From: Elsinoe ampelina
Lineage: Eukaryota
NCBI GenBank assembly: GCA_010093995.1
Contig: ML992508.1
Location: forward strand, 220,506-284,505
Reading direction: 5' to 3'
Length of the DNA stretch: 64,000 bases
The notes under the pieces were generated by a model. The model ran no database searches, was not told the DNA's origin, and was given only the letters and a program-made list of their open reading frames with translations. A program made the position numbers and the translations under genes. Of this stretch, positions 11,393 to 22,501 are shown in pieces. The first letter of the stretch is position 1; each line of letters begins with the position of its first letter.

Positions 11393-13016
11393 ATGGCCAA
11401 CCAAACCCCCGCCGTTGTCATGGACAAGTGAGCTCCTGCCCCTCAGCTACCATGTTCGGACGCCTCACTAACATGAATGCAGCGGTACAGGTTATTCCAA
11501 GCTAGGTCGGTACAGCCTTGATACAACGAGAGAGTAGCAATTGACATGATGGTGCACAGGATTTGCCGGCAACGACTCCCCTTCATTCGTCTTCCCCACC
11601 GCCATTGCGACAAAGAGTGCCGCCGGAGGCTCCGGTGGCTCTGGATCAGGTCGACCTGCTGTCGCGAACAAACCATCATATTTGACTGGAGGCGCTGGAC
11701 CAGGAGGACACTTGTCGGCCAAGAGAGGGACGGAAGACTTGGATTTCTTTATTGGCGACGAGGCATTGGCAGCAGCAGCTGGACCTGGTGGGTGACACAC
11801 GTGGCTACGTTAAGGGACAAGTCTGACGGGAAGCAGGCTATGGCATTCACTACCCGATCCGACATGGACAAATTGAGAACTGGGTATGGCTGTCAAAAGA
11901 TGCTTCGACCAAATGCTGACTGTAGCAGGACCACATGGAGCGATTCTGGTCGAACTCGATATTCAAGTACCTGCGGGTCGAGCCAGAAGACCACTACTTC
12001 CTCCTTACCGAGCCAGTAAGTGTTGGATTTGCAATGACATGATGCGGGCATTGACGGCAGCAGCCACTGAATCCACCCGAGAATCGCGAGAATACTGCCG
12101 AAATCATGTTCGAGTCCTTCAACTGCGCCGGTCTCTACATCGCTGTACAAGCTGTGCTCGCGCTCGCTGCTTCATGGACGTCTTCGAAAGTACAAGATCG
12201 ATCACTTACCGGTACCGTCATCGACTCTGGTGAAGGTGTCACCCACGTAATCCCTGTAGCAGAAGGCTACGTGATCGGATCATCAATCAAGTCGATTCCC
12301 ATTGCTGGTCGCGACATTACCTACTTTGTCCAATCACTTCTGCGAGATCGAGGCGAGTCTGACAGTTCTCTCAAGACAGCCGAGAAGATCAAGGAGGAGT
12401 TCTGCTATGTTTCACCAGATATTGTCAAGGAGTTTGCGAGGTACGACATGGAACCAGACAAATTCGCCAAATACACCATGACCCGACCTAATGGAACCTC
12501 GACCGTCATCGATGTCGGCTACGAGCGCTTCCTCGCCCCCGAAATCTTCTTCAACCCCGAAATCTACTCCTCAGACTTCCTTACTCCCCTGCCGAACATC
12601 GTCGACACCGTTATTCAAACCTCACCGATCGACGTACGAAGAGGACTCTACAAGAACATTGTACTTTCGGGAGGATCGACACTGTATGAGAATTTTGGCA
12701 GGAGATTACAACGAGACATCCGACACCTGGTGGATGCACGGATAAAGGCCAGCGAGGTCAGAGCTGGGACAAATGCAAAGAGCGGTGGTCTTGACGTACA
12801 AGTCATTACGCACAGGAGACAGAGGCACGGTCCGTGGTTCGGCGGTAGCTTGCTGGGACAGACGCCAGAGTTCAGAAGCTACTGCCACACCAAGCAAGGT
12901 GAGCTGAGATATTCAAAGTCGCGGTGATGCAACGCTAACATGTCACAGAGTACGACGAAATTGGAAGCTCTATCGTCAGGCGGTTCGCCCTGCTGGGAGG
13001 TCCAGGGAGCACGTAG
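11393..13016 (+). CDS. ARP3: Actin-related protein 3 (Arp2/3 complex), 7 exons
   Basis: [71 protein letters not shown]-terminus [10 protein letters not shown]; six short GT-AG introns. Confidence 0.97.
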
Positions 13017-13318
13017 CATCATCTAGACCATCAACGGAATGCCACGACGTTTTCTCTGTTCTCAACCTTTTGCGAGGTACACGTCACAGCGGGTCAAGTA
13101 GATACAAAAGGCAATTCCACAGCCATGATCATGACTATCTACGCCTTCGCAATGGCCCCATGTCCGTGTCTCTGCCGATTCAGCAAATGCCACACATAGC
13201 CAGCCCCCGTATGCCATTCTCATCGCCTCAGAGAAAAACCCCCTTCCCAACGTCGAAACTTGCACAGCACCACCGCACCCGACATGCCCCCTCGTAGTCA
13301 CAAAGACCACACTTACCG

Positions 13319-14605
13319 CTACACCGCCCCGTCCCTAGCCCTCGTCCACCCCATGCTCTCCAACGCACTCTGCACACGCCCTTGGTCCCCTACCAACCCA
13401 CCGCTCTGGTCCTGACCTCCTCCTCCTTCTTCCCTACTCCTTACCTCTCGCCGTTGTTGCTCACCGGGTACGGCCTTCTGGTTCAAATCCATCAGCTCTG
13501 CGCCAATGGCGTCTATCATTTCGCGCTCGAGCTGGAAGAGGTCGGCGTGCTCTGCTTCCTGGTGCTCGCGGGGGGAGTGCTGCTCCAGGACATGTGAAGC
13601 TGGCGTTGATGGTGATGGGGAGAGGAAGGGTGCTGGTTTTGGCTCGCCGGTGGCTGGTGGGTTTGCCATGGTTGTGTCCCGGTCGGGGGTGGGGCTGTCT
13701 GGGATTACGATGATGGGGGTAGGTCCTTGAGGCTCTGGTGGGGTGAGGGTTCGGCTGTTTTCTTTCTCTGTTCTTGGGTCTAGCTGTGCGAAGGTCTGTC
13801 CCTCCTGTGCACGTCTGTCTGAGAAGGCAAATCGGGGTTGTTCAGAAGCGGTGGTGAGGTTTTTACCGAGGAGAGAGGACCGGGATGAATGATCTCGCGA
13901 TCCCGGCAGTTGTACTTCGATACCGCTGTCTCGCCGCACTTGCGCAACCATGGGCGTCGGCTTAGTATCCGTTTCCGTTGTTGGATGGATAGGCCAGTTT
14001 AGCCTCGTGGGCTTGTGCTGGAGCTGTTGTTGGTGTGTTTGGTATTCTCTCCAGCGCATGTTCGTCTCGAGGATCTCAGCTTGTGATTTGAGCTCTTCCT
14101 CACGCTGGTCAAGGTCGGCTTCTCGTAGTTTGAGGGCTTGCTCACGGCGGTAGAGTTCCATGTGCTCTGGGCTTTGCATACCATACGAGACTTGTCTGTC
14201 GCTGAGATGATGATTGGAAGGGCTGTTGGTAGTCCGTTGATCCTCTGGCATTCGAGGAGCCAGGTGGAACCCATGGGCCGTCACACTATCCTCTGGAGCT
14301 TCTGAGTGGTCCGAGGTCGTGTCGCCGTCTCGAAGATCTTGTATGCGCTGGAGAATCGTCGCCCCATCTTCGCCCCTACTGACCGCTACGAGCACGAACC
14401 TTGCCACATTCAGTTCGAGACTTTTGAGTTGTTCATCTGTGGAGATGTGTAATCCGGCTGGAAGATATGGCTCGCGATAGGTCGGCTGGACAGGGCAGTA
14501 GAAAGGAAGATGACCGATATTCCCGCAAGTTGTACATTGAATAGGAGGCTGTGAGCAAGGTTGTGGAAGGTGGTAGATTGCACATGCGTGGCAGAGTAAG
14601 GGCAT
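13319..14605 (-). CDS. Hypothetical protein with N-terminal CCHC zinc knuckle(s), coiled coil and disordered tail
   Basis: CTTCGNIGHLPFYC (CX2CX4HX4C) preceded by CHACAIYHLPQPC; 428-aa ORF. Confidence 0.65.
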   Translation of the reverse strand: MPLLCHACAIYHLPQPCSQPPIQCTTCGNIGHLPFYCPVQPTYREPYLPAGLHISTDEQLKSLELNVARFVLVAVSRGEDGATILQRIQDLRDGDTTSDHSEAPEDSVTAHGFHLAPRMPEDQRTTNSPSNHHLSDRQVSYGMQSPEHMELYRREQALKLREADLDQREEELKSQAEILETNMRWREYQTHQQQLQHKPTRLNWPIHPTTETDTKPTPMVAQVRRDSGIEVQLPGSRDHSSRSSLLGKNLTTASEQPRFAFSDRRAQEGQTFAQLDPRTEKENSRTLTPPEPQGPTPIIVIPDSPTPDRDTTMANPPATGEPKPAPFLSPSPSTPASHVLEQHSPREHQEAEHADLFQLEREMIDAIGAELMDLNQKAVPGEQQRREVRSREEGGGGQDQSGGLVGDQGRVQSALESMGWTRARDGAV

Positions 14606-15115
14606 CTGTGTCGTCGTTAGCTAATGCTTCGCCCAGAACTGGTCAGTAAACGCGAGGAGTAACATGACTCACTTTATAGTCCGGGTTATGCGTAATGTAT
14701 CCTACCCAACAGAAATTCTCGAGGTGCCCGGCCGAAGAGCAAAGCCGGCAGTTGCGCATAGGCTGATTGCATGGCTGAGGAAGGTGGGTTACTCCGCAGT
14801 TATGGCAGAGATCGCTCATCGTTACATTCGAGCTCTATCTCTACAATGTGAAGTCGATGAGATTGCGAGACACAAGCAGGCTGAAGTGGGGCGGACCGAT
14901 GGTCGGACTGGTGGCGATAGCGGGGATGGAAGATTATCGGAAGATGGGATGGTGGATGCAAAGGAAGATGTGCTATGCTGATGAGCTGTAGACTAAAGTT
15001 GATTGCCGGGTTATACAAAGTTGTTTGTGAGTGGGAGAGATTGCGAGGATGTATTTCACGTGTGTTATTTTGCAATGATGCTTCTGCACGTGACTTTCCT
15101 CATCACGTGCACGAC

Positions 15116-16354
15116 TCACGTCTTGTTCGCTGGAGCCTGCTTTGGCTTTCTCCCACCTCCCTTGCCCTTTGTTGGCTTACTACTCTTCTCGTATAGCGGC
15201 TCCAGGCCAAAGGCGGCATCTGACAAGCGGATGAAGCTAGTCACCCCCTCATCCACCACTGCCAGGATGACCGACTTGTATCCGTGCTTCAGCTTGGCAT
15301 AGAGCTGCATGTTTGTTGGGGGAGGCTGGTATGGTTGTGTATCCACCAGTCCTGCGAGATCTGCTAGGCTAGGCAGTCCCGTCGATCGTGAGTCCATGAC
15401 TGCGATGCGAAAGTCTGGCGGTCCTGGTTTCGACTTCTTGTACACTGTGTTATTGGGCTTCCAGACGTTCCATGTGATCTGCAACTTCTGCTCTCGTGGT
15501 CTTTCCGAAGATTCACGTTGCACTGTAGGATTGTACCAACAAATCATTGCCAGTGACCGATAGATGTCAGGATATGACCTGAAGATCTTTTTGTCGGTAA
15601 GCGGACCCGTTGCCAGTCGTTCCTTGCTCGGCGCTGTCCACCACTGCTTCCAGGAGTCCGCATAGATACCTAGGCGAGTCCATGTTCCAGGTAATGGCGG
15701 GAATGTTTCTGGATTGAATGACTCCAGGCTTTGATTCCAAGTTGGCGCTCGATGAACAGAATATCCAGCCCGCTTCAAGTAGCTGTACACCGAATAACGC
15801 TCGTGATTGAGACCGTCATTGTGCTGTTCTGAGAGTCCAAGAAAAACAGCATGCGCTCCTTGCAGGCTCATAGGTAGTCCAAGGTCATCTGCATCTCCGT
15901 CCTGCGCTGGCCAGCGACAATCCACCGTACCTCGCTCGATCAGGTAGAGGATCTCTTCGGGAAGGAACCACATCCTGCTCGAATTTGGTTTAATGTCACC
16001 AAGCGGGTCATCTTTAGGCGAATGAGTCTTGCCCATGGATTTGAACAGCGTCGAGTGACCTCGCTCTATGTAGGCCATGTTGGATTCGGGATGGTAGATT
16101 GCAATGTCTTGTCGCTTTGGTTGATGAGTCCGCTGTATAGACAGTGCATCATGTACGGCTTGTCTGGCTGTATCTAGCTTGTTTGCTTGAGTCGAAGTCC
16201 CATGGCTCTCAAAGTCTTTTTCGCCTCGTTTCGGGATGGCGCCAGTCTTTGATTTTGAGACGGCGGCAAAGGCAGTCCAGTCGGGCACTTCTTCCTCCCC
16301 GTCTTCTTCCTCTGGCACATTGGTGTTTATTACGTCCTCGTCTGCGTCGGCCAT
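15116..16354 (-). CDS. SEN54: tRNA-splicing endonuclease subunit Sen54
   Basis: IPKRGEKDFE, WFLPEEILYLIERG, YSVYSYLKRAGYSV, KSKPGPPDFRIAV, LKHGYKSVILAVVDEG; the stop lies in GTGAGT, so a further small exon is possible. Confidence 0.92.
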   Translation of the reverse strand: MADADEDVINTNVPEEEDGEEEVPDWTAFAAVSKSKTGAIPKRGEKDFESHGTSTQANKLDTARQAVHDALSIQRTHQPKRQDIAIYHPESNMAYIERGHSTLFKSMGKTHSPKDDPLGDIKPNSSRMWFLPEEILYLIERGTVDCRWPAQDGDADDLGLPMSLQGAHAVFLGLSEQHNDGLNHERYSVYSYLKRAGYSVHRAPTWNQSLESFNPETFPPLPGTWTRLGIYADSWKQWWTAPSKERLATGPLTDKKIFRSYPDIYRSLAMICWYNPTVQRESSERPREQKLQITWNVWKPNNTVYKKSKPGPPDFRIAVMDSRSTGLPSLADLAGLVDTQPYQPPPTNMQLYAKLKHGYKSVILAVVDEGVTSFIRLSDAAFGLEPLYEKSSKPTKGKGGGRKPKQAPANKT

Positions 16355-16678
16355 TGTGTTTGAATGAGATATGTCGGAGTTGAGAGTGTTCTTGGAGTTT
16401 GTGCTGAAGGAGATTTTGCGTTGGAGTCATGCTGATTCTGACCAATCACCTGCGGGGAACGTTTTCGAGCATGCATGCCTACGCTGAGATGATTGTAGAG
16501 TCAGATAGTCTTGGGTATATGAGATATGTTCATTTGATTCATCAGTGCCGCAAGTATTTATATCCAAGGCTAGTGTCGCCATATACAAGATATGTACCGC
16601 TATCAATCAAAACGCCGTGACAAGGATACCTGATGAGCCTAAAAAGCATGTGCTATCCAAGCACTTCATTTCGAATGG

Positions 16679-18949
16679 TTATTCCTTCCCGTTCCAAGCT
16701 TCTCGCCTCTCAAAGGACACATCCTTGACTGGATGTAATAGCATTGGCGGTAGACACAGCCTCCCTTCTTGTCCCTCCTTACCTCTAATCTTCTCCCATT
16801 GCGCCTTCACATCTCCGACCGTCTCCTTCCCTTCTGGACCTTTCACATCCCATCCTAGCCATCGTCTGTATATTGTACCGGCTGCACCACCGTCGTAGTA
16901 CCAACTCATTCCGCCAAAGTTGTGTTCCCGATCCACTGCGTACGGACTGTCCGGTCCTGTACCAGGTGCCACATCGGGGCCGGGATTGAAGATCTCGTCT
17001 GCGTATTTTGCATCCCATTTTCGAGTTGAGAATATCGGGTGCGGAGCGTAGACAACTTTCAGTCCATAATGTAATGCGACTGATGATGGCCACATCTCGC
17101 TGACCATACCACGGCCAGCTTTGTTTTCTAAGTGCATGGCGTGCAGGAGTCGAGTGGAGAGACGAGTAAGGGTGTTGATGAATGCTCGGCGAGGGGTGGT
17201 GAGGTGCTGGTCGAAATTGAAGGTGCGGTCTCGAGGAGCCCAGAGAGTATTCTGCGGGTCGAACAGGGGGAGGAGGGTGATGAAGTCTGCTTGTTCGTTG
17301 ATGCCCCATTCTTTATAGTCTGATTCTATAATGGGGCCGGGAGCCAGGAGTGGCTGGAGTGGTTGGTGTGTGGATGGGACCGGACCCCAAGTAGTGAGTT
17401 GGATAGGCACTACGCGAGTGATGAGGGACGTAAATGCTGACCATGTACGGTGCACAGCGGGTAGGAAGTACCGGGTCGAGCGCTCCCAGAGGTATAGTCG
17501 AGGCTGTGCTTTGGCAAAGGAAGTGATGTCTCTTAAGAATGGCAGATGGTGTCCAATGTAGCGAGCATCCATCTCCCAATTCCAGACATAATCGTACTCC
17601 GGGTGGTGAATGGCAAAATATTGGAGCGGCTGAAATTGATGCTGATAGACGTCGTTTGAGCCAATGTTTGGGTATAGCTTCTGCAGGTCGACCTCGTTGA
17701 AGACAACCACCATGTCCCTAAACTCTGGTGGTATATTGTTCTCGATGATCTCGTGAGCAGCGTCCTCGCTACCTCGTATGTCGATGTTCGTATCCTTGAC
17801 GTGGAGAAGGATGAAGACCTCGTATTCTCCTCTGCCAGCCAGGGACAGCTCTGCGACCAGTGAACGTATGGAATGGATGTCGTTCCACTCATAGTGATAC
17901 CCTTCCCAAGTCCGAAGCACCACAGCCGTCCTGCTGATCTTGCCACGTTCCTCCCGGACTCCCTTTTTCATGTCGTCGCCCCTCAGGAAGTCCTTCTTAT
18001 CGATTCCTGCATTGGGTCTGACCTTGAAGCGTCCCTGATTCTCGCTCACACACTGCCTCTGCAGTTTGCCCCACTCCACCTTGCCCCAATCATACGCATC
18101 TGGCACGTCAAGTTTCTCTAATCCCTTAGATGGGTCGTTGGAATCACTCAAGCCATAAGCCTGCATCCTCGATATCCGATCGTAGCACACCGAATCGTTT
18201 AACCCCATTGCCTCGTAAGATCCAAAGAAAGGCTGTGGGAACACTCTCGGGTCGAGCTCGTAGCCGGACACCTCATCGCCAGCACTGTCTCGAAGCAAAT
18301 TCCCCCTCGGCCCTATACACGGCTTTCCCTCATCTGGTTCAACCTCAATCCTGACCTTCGCCCGCGACGCACCTTCCCCTGATCCCTTGACTGTACTCGT
18401 AAACAGCCCAGCGTCAATATCAAAGAAATGCCACCGATTCGGATCATAATCCTTGTCCTTGTAATCAGTCCAAGGCGGGAAATGCTTCGGATCCATTTCC
18501 TCATACTCCGCATACGACACAGGCTGATGCTTCAAGACCTCCTTCGCTGCTGACGGCGGCTTGACCATCGGTCGATCAGCATCATCATGATCCTCATCCA
18601 CCAACGGCATCTCTCCTTCAGCCTGGCCATTCCCCTTCGCTCCCCTATTCCCGCTCTCCTTGCCCTCCGACCCCTCCTCCCCTGCCTTCTCGCCCGACAC
18701 CCGCCCAGGCTTCCCAATACGCTTCCCCCCCTCCCCTCCTCCCATCCCCGTTCCCGTCCCCGACCCCCGTCCAGGCCTCACAGGCGGCGCAGCGACCTTT
18801 CCCCCAACACCACTTCCACCCGCCACCGCGCCAGCGCCCGTCTCATCCCAACCATCACGGGAGCCAGAATAGTTATACACCAGGAAAAAGATGACAAAGA
18901 AAACCACCAGCGCGCGCGTGGCGGTGGAAGTGAGGAGTTTAGTGCGCAT
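16679..18949 (-). CDS. DUF3405 family type II membrane protein
   Basis: N-terminal TM after MRTKLL; RTAVVLRTWEG, QFQPLQYFA..HPEYDYVWNWEMDARYIGH, CLPPMLLHPVK. Confidence 0.82.
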   Translation of the reverse strand: MRTKLLTSTATRALVVFFVIFFLVYNYSGSRDGWDETGAGAVAGGSGVGGKVAAPPVRPGRGSGTGTGMGGGEGGKRIGKPGRVSGEKAGEEGSEGKESGNRGAKGNGQAEGEMPLVDEDHDDADRPMVKPPSAAKEVLKHQPVSYAEYEEMDPKHFPPWTDYKDKDYDPNRWHFFDIDAGLFTSTVKGSGEGASRAKVRIEVEPDEGKPCIGPRGNLLRDSAGDEVSGYELDPRVFPQPFFGSYEAMGLNDSVCYDRISRMQAYGLSDSNDPSKGLEKLDVPDAYDWGKVEWGKLQRQCVSENQGRFKVRPNAGIDKKDFLRGDDMKKGVREERGKISRTAVVLRTWEGYHYEWNDIHSIRSLVAELSLAGRGEYEVFILLHVKDTNIDIRGSEDAAHEIIENNIPPEFRDMVVVFNEVDLQKLYPNIGSNDVYQHQFQPLQYFAIHHPEYDYVWNWEMDARYIGHHLPFLRDITSFAKAQPRLYLWERSTRYFLPAVHRTWSAFTSLITRVVPIQLTTWGPVPSTHQPLQPLLAPGPIIESDYKEWGINEQADFITLLPLFDPQNTLWAPRDRTFNFDQHLTTPRRAFINTLTRLSTRLLHAMHLENKAGRGMVSEMWPSSVALHYGLKVVYAPHPIFSTRKWDAKYADEIFNPGPDVAPGTGPDSPYAVDREHNFGGMSWYYDGGAAGTIYRRWLGWDVKGPEGKETVGDVKAQWEKIRGKEGQEGRLCLPPMLLHPVKDVSFERREAWNGKE

Positions 18950-19722
18950 CGCGCTGGCGATGCAGATAGCAAAAGCCCGGAGGTGATTCGGGTGAGCGAT
19001 GATGCAGCAAGCCCGCCCCAGATCCCAAGCGGCGAAAGATCCAAAGTCGACGGCCCAGCAGGCGAGAAAAGACGGATTCAGCCCGGCATCGAGAAGATCA
19101 ATGGCGTTCACACACACCCTTCGCGGAGAAATTGCTGTGATGGTATCGCCCCGAATGTCCAACGAGTAGAGGTCAAGAGAAAATGTCGGAGACGCAAACG
19201 CAAACGCACACGCAAGGTGCATCCAGGGCAGCGGGTCTGACGAAGCGTGGCTCGCGGGCTTGCGGGTTTGCGGCAGACCAAGGGACGCTGCGCGGGACTT
19301 GCGGGACGGTTGGACGGGTCTTGACTCGTGAATCTTTTGTGAGAGAGTGCTGCGACGAGAAACAAAAAGCCTGCCCTTGTTCCGTGCAAAAGTTTTATTT
19401 TATTTAGGCCTCAGGGCTTGCACACGGGCGCAGGGGTCTCGGATGGCGCCGCGCTCTACTGGTCGCGGACTCCTTCGTGTTTCAGATCATGTGTTGGGTT
19501 CGATGTTTGATGATCGTGCTTTGCATGGAACAGGCCGTCGTCGTCGTCGCCGTCGCACGTGCAATATGGGAGGGAGGACCGCGCGGCCTGGAATGGACCA
19601 GATCAATCGTCAGTGTCATTATTCGTGCTTCGTAAGTCATATGTATAGCTATACAGGGTATCAGCGACAAAACCATCTTTCTCCTCTCCTCCATCTCCAG
19701 CAAAAGCTTCGAGGTAGTTCGA

Positions 19723-22131
19723 TCAGCGCTTGGTCATCTTCAACAAAGGCTGTATCCTCTGCTTCCTGCTTAGTCCCACCCTATATATCGTCACGCCCTT
19801 CTTGATAGGGGAGTGCGGCTGCTTCTCCTTGCATGCTGCTGCCGTCCTTGCAGCCGCAATTGTTCCGTTCTCCTTTCCCGTGCCCACGTCGCTCATCTTC
19901 TGGACTTCTTCATCCCTATCCGCCTCTGCCTCTTTCGCGGCGTCCATCGAGGCGAACAAGTCCTCCTCTTCTTCCGCTGGTGCCACAGTCAATTTCTCCT
20001 GCTGAACATCTGGACTCTCATCCGTGACCTCCTCCTGCGTCTCTTGGACCTCTTGGACTTGGCTCTTCCTAGGACGACCTCTTCCTCTCTTGGCTGGTGT
20101 CGTCTTTGGTTGCTTCTTGGTCGCTTCTTGTGGTGGCTCCTCTTCGTCAGGAACAGGGACTGGCGCGTTCTGCATCACCACATCTTTCCGTCCGATCTCA
20201 ATCGGCTTCAGCTCGGGCTCGGGCTCAGGCGCAGGTTGCTTCCTAGGCCTCCCCCTCTTCTTTCTCGTTTCTTGTTGTTGCTTGAGGCTAGTAGGCTCAG
20301 ACATCTTGATATCGTCCTCTTCGTCTTGACCACGTAGACCCACGTGATCCTCAAAGATGGTTGTGTGACTCCTTCTGTTCTTCGTCCTGCGCAGTGAGGC
20401 AATAGAGGCAGGAGGTGGCATCGAATTCGGTGTAGGCGTGGGTGCCGACGCCTGAGAAGCCGCAGCAGGAGAGGCTGTAGATAGTATCGGAGGAGTCACA
20501 GTACCTTTGGCTGCAGGCGTGGTGCTTGGTCGCTCAACGACGGGCATGCCGACTTCTTGCCCCAGAACATTCGTCGACTTATCTTGACTAGGCGCCCCGG
20601 CAGCCATCGCATCTTCTTCTGTGTACTGTTCAGGAATGCTCTCTTTAACCCGGGACGGACTGCTTTGTGACTGTGAAGCTCTACGACCACTGTCCTTACG
20701 AGTCTTCTTCGACCCCTTAGCCTTAGGCTGTGTCGTAACTGCTGGTCCGACATCATTCATGGGTACGTCCTGCAGAACCTCATCCGTATGGTTCGCCGCC
20801 GTACTGGCTTTGGTACCGGACGAGTCTTCTTCTCTGGCTTCCTTCGCCCGGCGAGCAATCTCAGCTTCAATCTGCAGCTGCTCATCGGCATCATGGTTCA
20901 ATTGGCTGTCGGCGTTGCCGACAGCGCCCGCAGTCTTGGTCCGTTTGCTTTTCTGCTTTTTCGCTAGCTTCTCTGGTGGAACAGACCAGTCTGTTGGCGT
21001 GTACTCAATCGCAGCCGACCTGGACCGACTGGGCTTTGCTTTGTACTGCTCCAGTGGGACCGCTGCAGAAGTGTCGGTTTCCGTTGTCTCGCTGGGACGA
21101 GGAGTGGTAGACTCTTGGTAGTGTACGATAGACTCCACACTGATTTGTCGCGTCCTCGATCGCTGAGCTGGTGTCTTCTCAGGTGCAGGAATGCTAAGCT
21201 CATCGAGGCTGACTTGACTACTACTCATGTCTGTGCCGTGAGCAGGAGTGACCTGCGCTGAAGCTGTGCGTTGCGAAGCTTTTGCTGATTTGCTGCTCTT
21301 CGCCGATCGTGATGATTGCGTTCTCTTTTTCGAGCCAGTGGATGGAGTCTGCGTGTTCCTGATGGGTTCTGCAGACCACGGGATAGAGCCACTACTATTG
21401 CTGCTCACGTGCTCTTCGCGATGGGTCCCGTGTCCCTTGTCAACATCTCTACTGGCAACGATCGTGTCCTCCTCTTGCTCATACACACCAGGGACAGCAT
21501 TTCTCAATGCCTCCTCCACCATGAATTGCTGCTCGCCTGTCGCGAATTTGATAGTCGCATCGGGCATCTCTTGCTCACCATCGTCGCCCATATCTCCACT
21601 AGAGGGCAGCATGAGGACGTTCTCTCTTGCAGCTTGTGTAGCGAGGCTCTTAGCGCCCTCCAAAGCCTCCACAGGGTCCTCATTGTTCATCATGCCATCT
21701 TGATTGTAGGTCCCGTGGTAGGAAGCTTGAATATGTCCAATTGACGCGTCGCTGTGTCTCGTGCTCTGACTCCTAGTGCTCTCCTTGAATCTTTTCCTCG
21801 GGCTCTCAGCTATTTCTCCAGCTGTCTGCCTCCTCTTCTTGCTCTTCGCCTTGTCGGCTGCTCCATTGTAGCTGAAAGTCGACTCGATGTCGAATAGATC
21901 CGCGCCCGCCATACCGTAGGACATTTTGATCAGTGGCGCATTCGCGTCCTTTGCTTCGGTGATTTGGTCCAAATTGCAATTGAAGTGTGTGGTCGCGTCC
22001 GGCTGCGATAGCTGCGCTCCATGTCCTAAGAGGCTGTCTAGATCTTCGTCCAGGTGCACTCCAGACCCATTGACATCAAGAAAGAGCTCGTCGCTTGAAC
22101 CCTCTTCTGAATCGAAGACGAGCCGCGGCAT
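19723..22131 (-). CDS. AT-hook-containing, largely disordered nuclear protein
   Basis: KKRGRPRK and KRGRGRPRK AT hooks; C-terminal YRVGLSRKQRIQPLLK; start inferred at MPRLVFDSEE. Confidence 0.8.
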   Translation of the reverse strand: MPRLVFDSEEGSSDELFLDVNGSGVHLDEDLDSLLGHGAQLSQPDATTHFNCNLDQITEAKDANAPLIKMSYGMAGADLFDIESTFSYNGAADKAKSKKRRQTAGEIAESPRKRFKESTRSQSTRHSDASIGHIQASYHGTYNQDGMMNNEDPVEALEGAKSLATQAARENVLMLPSSGDMGDDGEQEMPDATIKFATGEQQFMVEEALRNAVPGVYEQEEDTIVASRDVDKGHGTHREEHVSSNSSGSIPWSAEPIRNTQTPSTGSKKRTQSSRSAKSSKSAKASQRTASAQVTPAHGTDMSSSQVSLDELSIPAPEKTPAQRSRTRQISVESIVHYQESTTPRPSETTETDTSAAVPLEQYKAKPSRSRSAAIEYTPTDWSVPPEKLAKKQKSKRTKTAGAVGNADSQLNHDADEQLQIEAEIARRAKEAREEDSSGTKASTAANHTDEVLQDVPMNDVGPAVTTQPKAKGSKKTRKDSGRRASQSQSSPSRVKESIPEQYTEEDAMAAGAPSQDKSTNVLGQEVGMPVVERPSTTPAAKGTVTPPILSTASPAAASQASAPTPTPNSMPPPASIASLRRTKNRRSHTTIFEDHVGLRGQDEEDDIKMSEPTSLKQQQETRKKRGRPRKQPAPEPEPELKPIEIGRKDVVMQNAPVPVPDEEEPPQEATKKQPKTTPAKRGRGRPRKSQVQEVQETQEEVTDESPDVQQEKLTVAPAEEEEDLFASMDAAKEAEADRDEEVQKMSDVGTGKENGTIAAARTAAACKEKQPHSPIKKGVTIYRVGLSRKQRIQPLLKMTKR

Positions 22132-22350
22132 TGCATCGCCGCTTCGGAGTGTGTGGAGTGATCGACAGGCAGGCGTGTTGAGTGTTTGCAACTTCGACGC
22201 GCGAAGTGGAAAATCGAGACGGAAAGTCACGTGAGCAATCTTCGCTGCCGTTCAGCAAACTGAAATGGAACGCTGGTCAATTGCCATGTTGTCCGCCTGC
22301 CTACTTGTGTATGTCAAGGTCTTCCTCGACAGTAGGTGCACAATTAAATG

Positions 22351-22451
22351 GTGCATTTTAGCGTCCTCCTCTCTCCTAAGTGTAATTAAGAGTCCTCCCG
22401 TCTCCTAGATGAGTCTCGGAGCTCTCCTCTCCCGGGTGCATTTATGAAGTC
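22351..22451 (+). repeat. Degenerate ~27-29 bp tandem repeats upstream of the tRNA
   Basis: gtgcattttagcgtcctcctctctcctaa / gtgtaattaagagtcctcccgtctcctag / atgagtctcggagctctcctctcccgg / gtgcatttatgaagtc. Confidence 0.5.
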
Positions 22452-22501
22452 ATCTTTGTATAGTTCGAATCATTGGCCTGGGCTTCCGAGCCGTAATTAA
22501 A

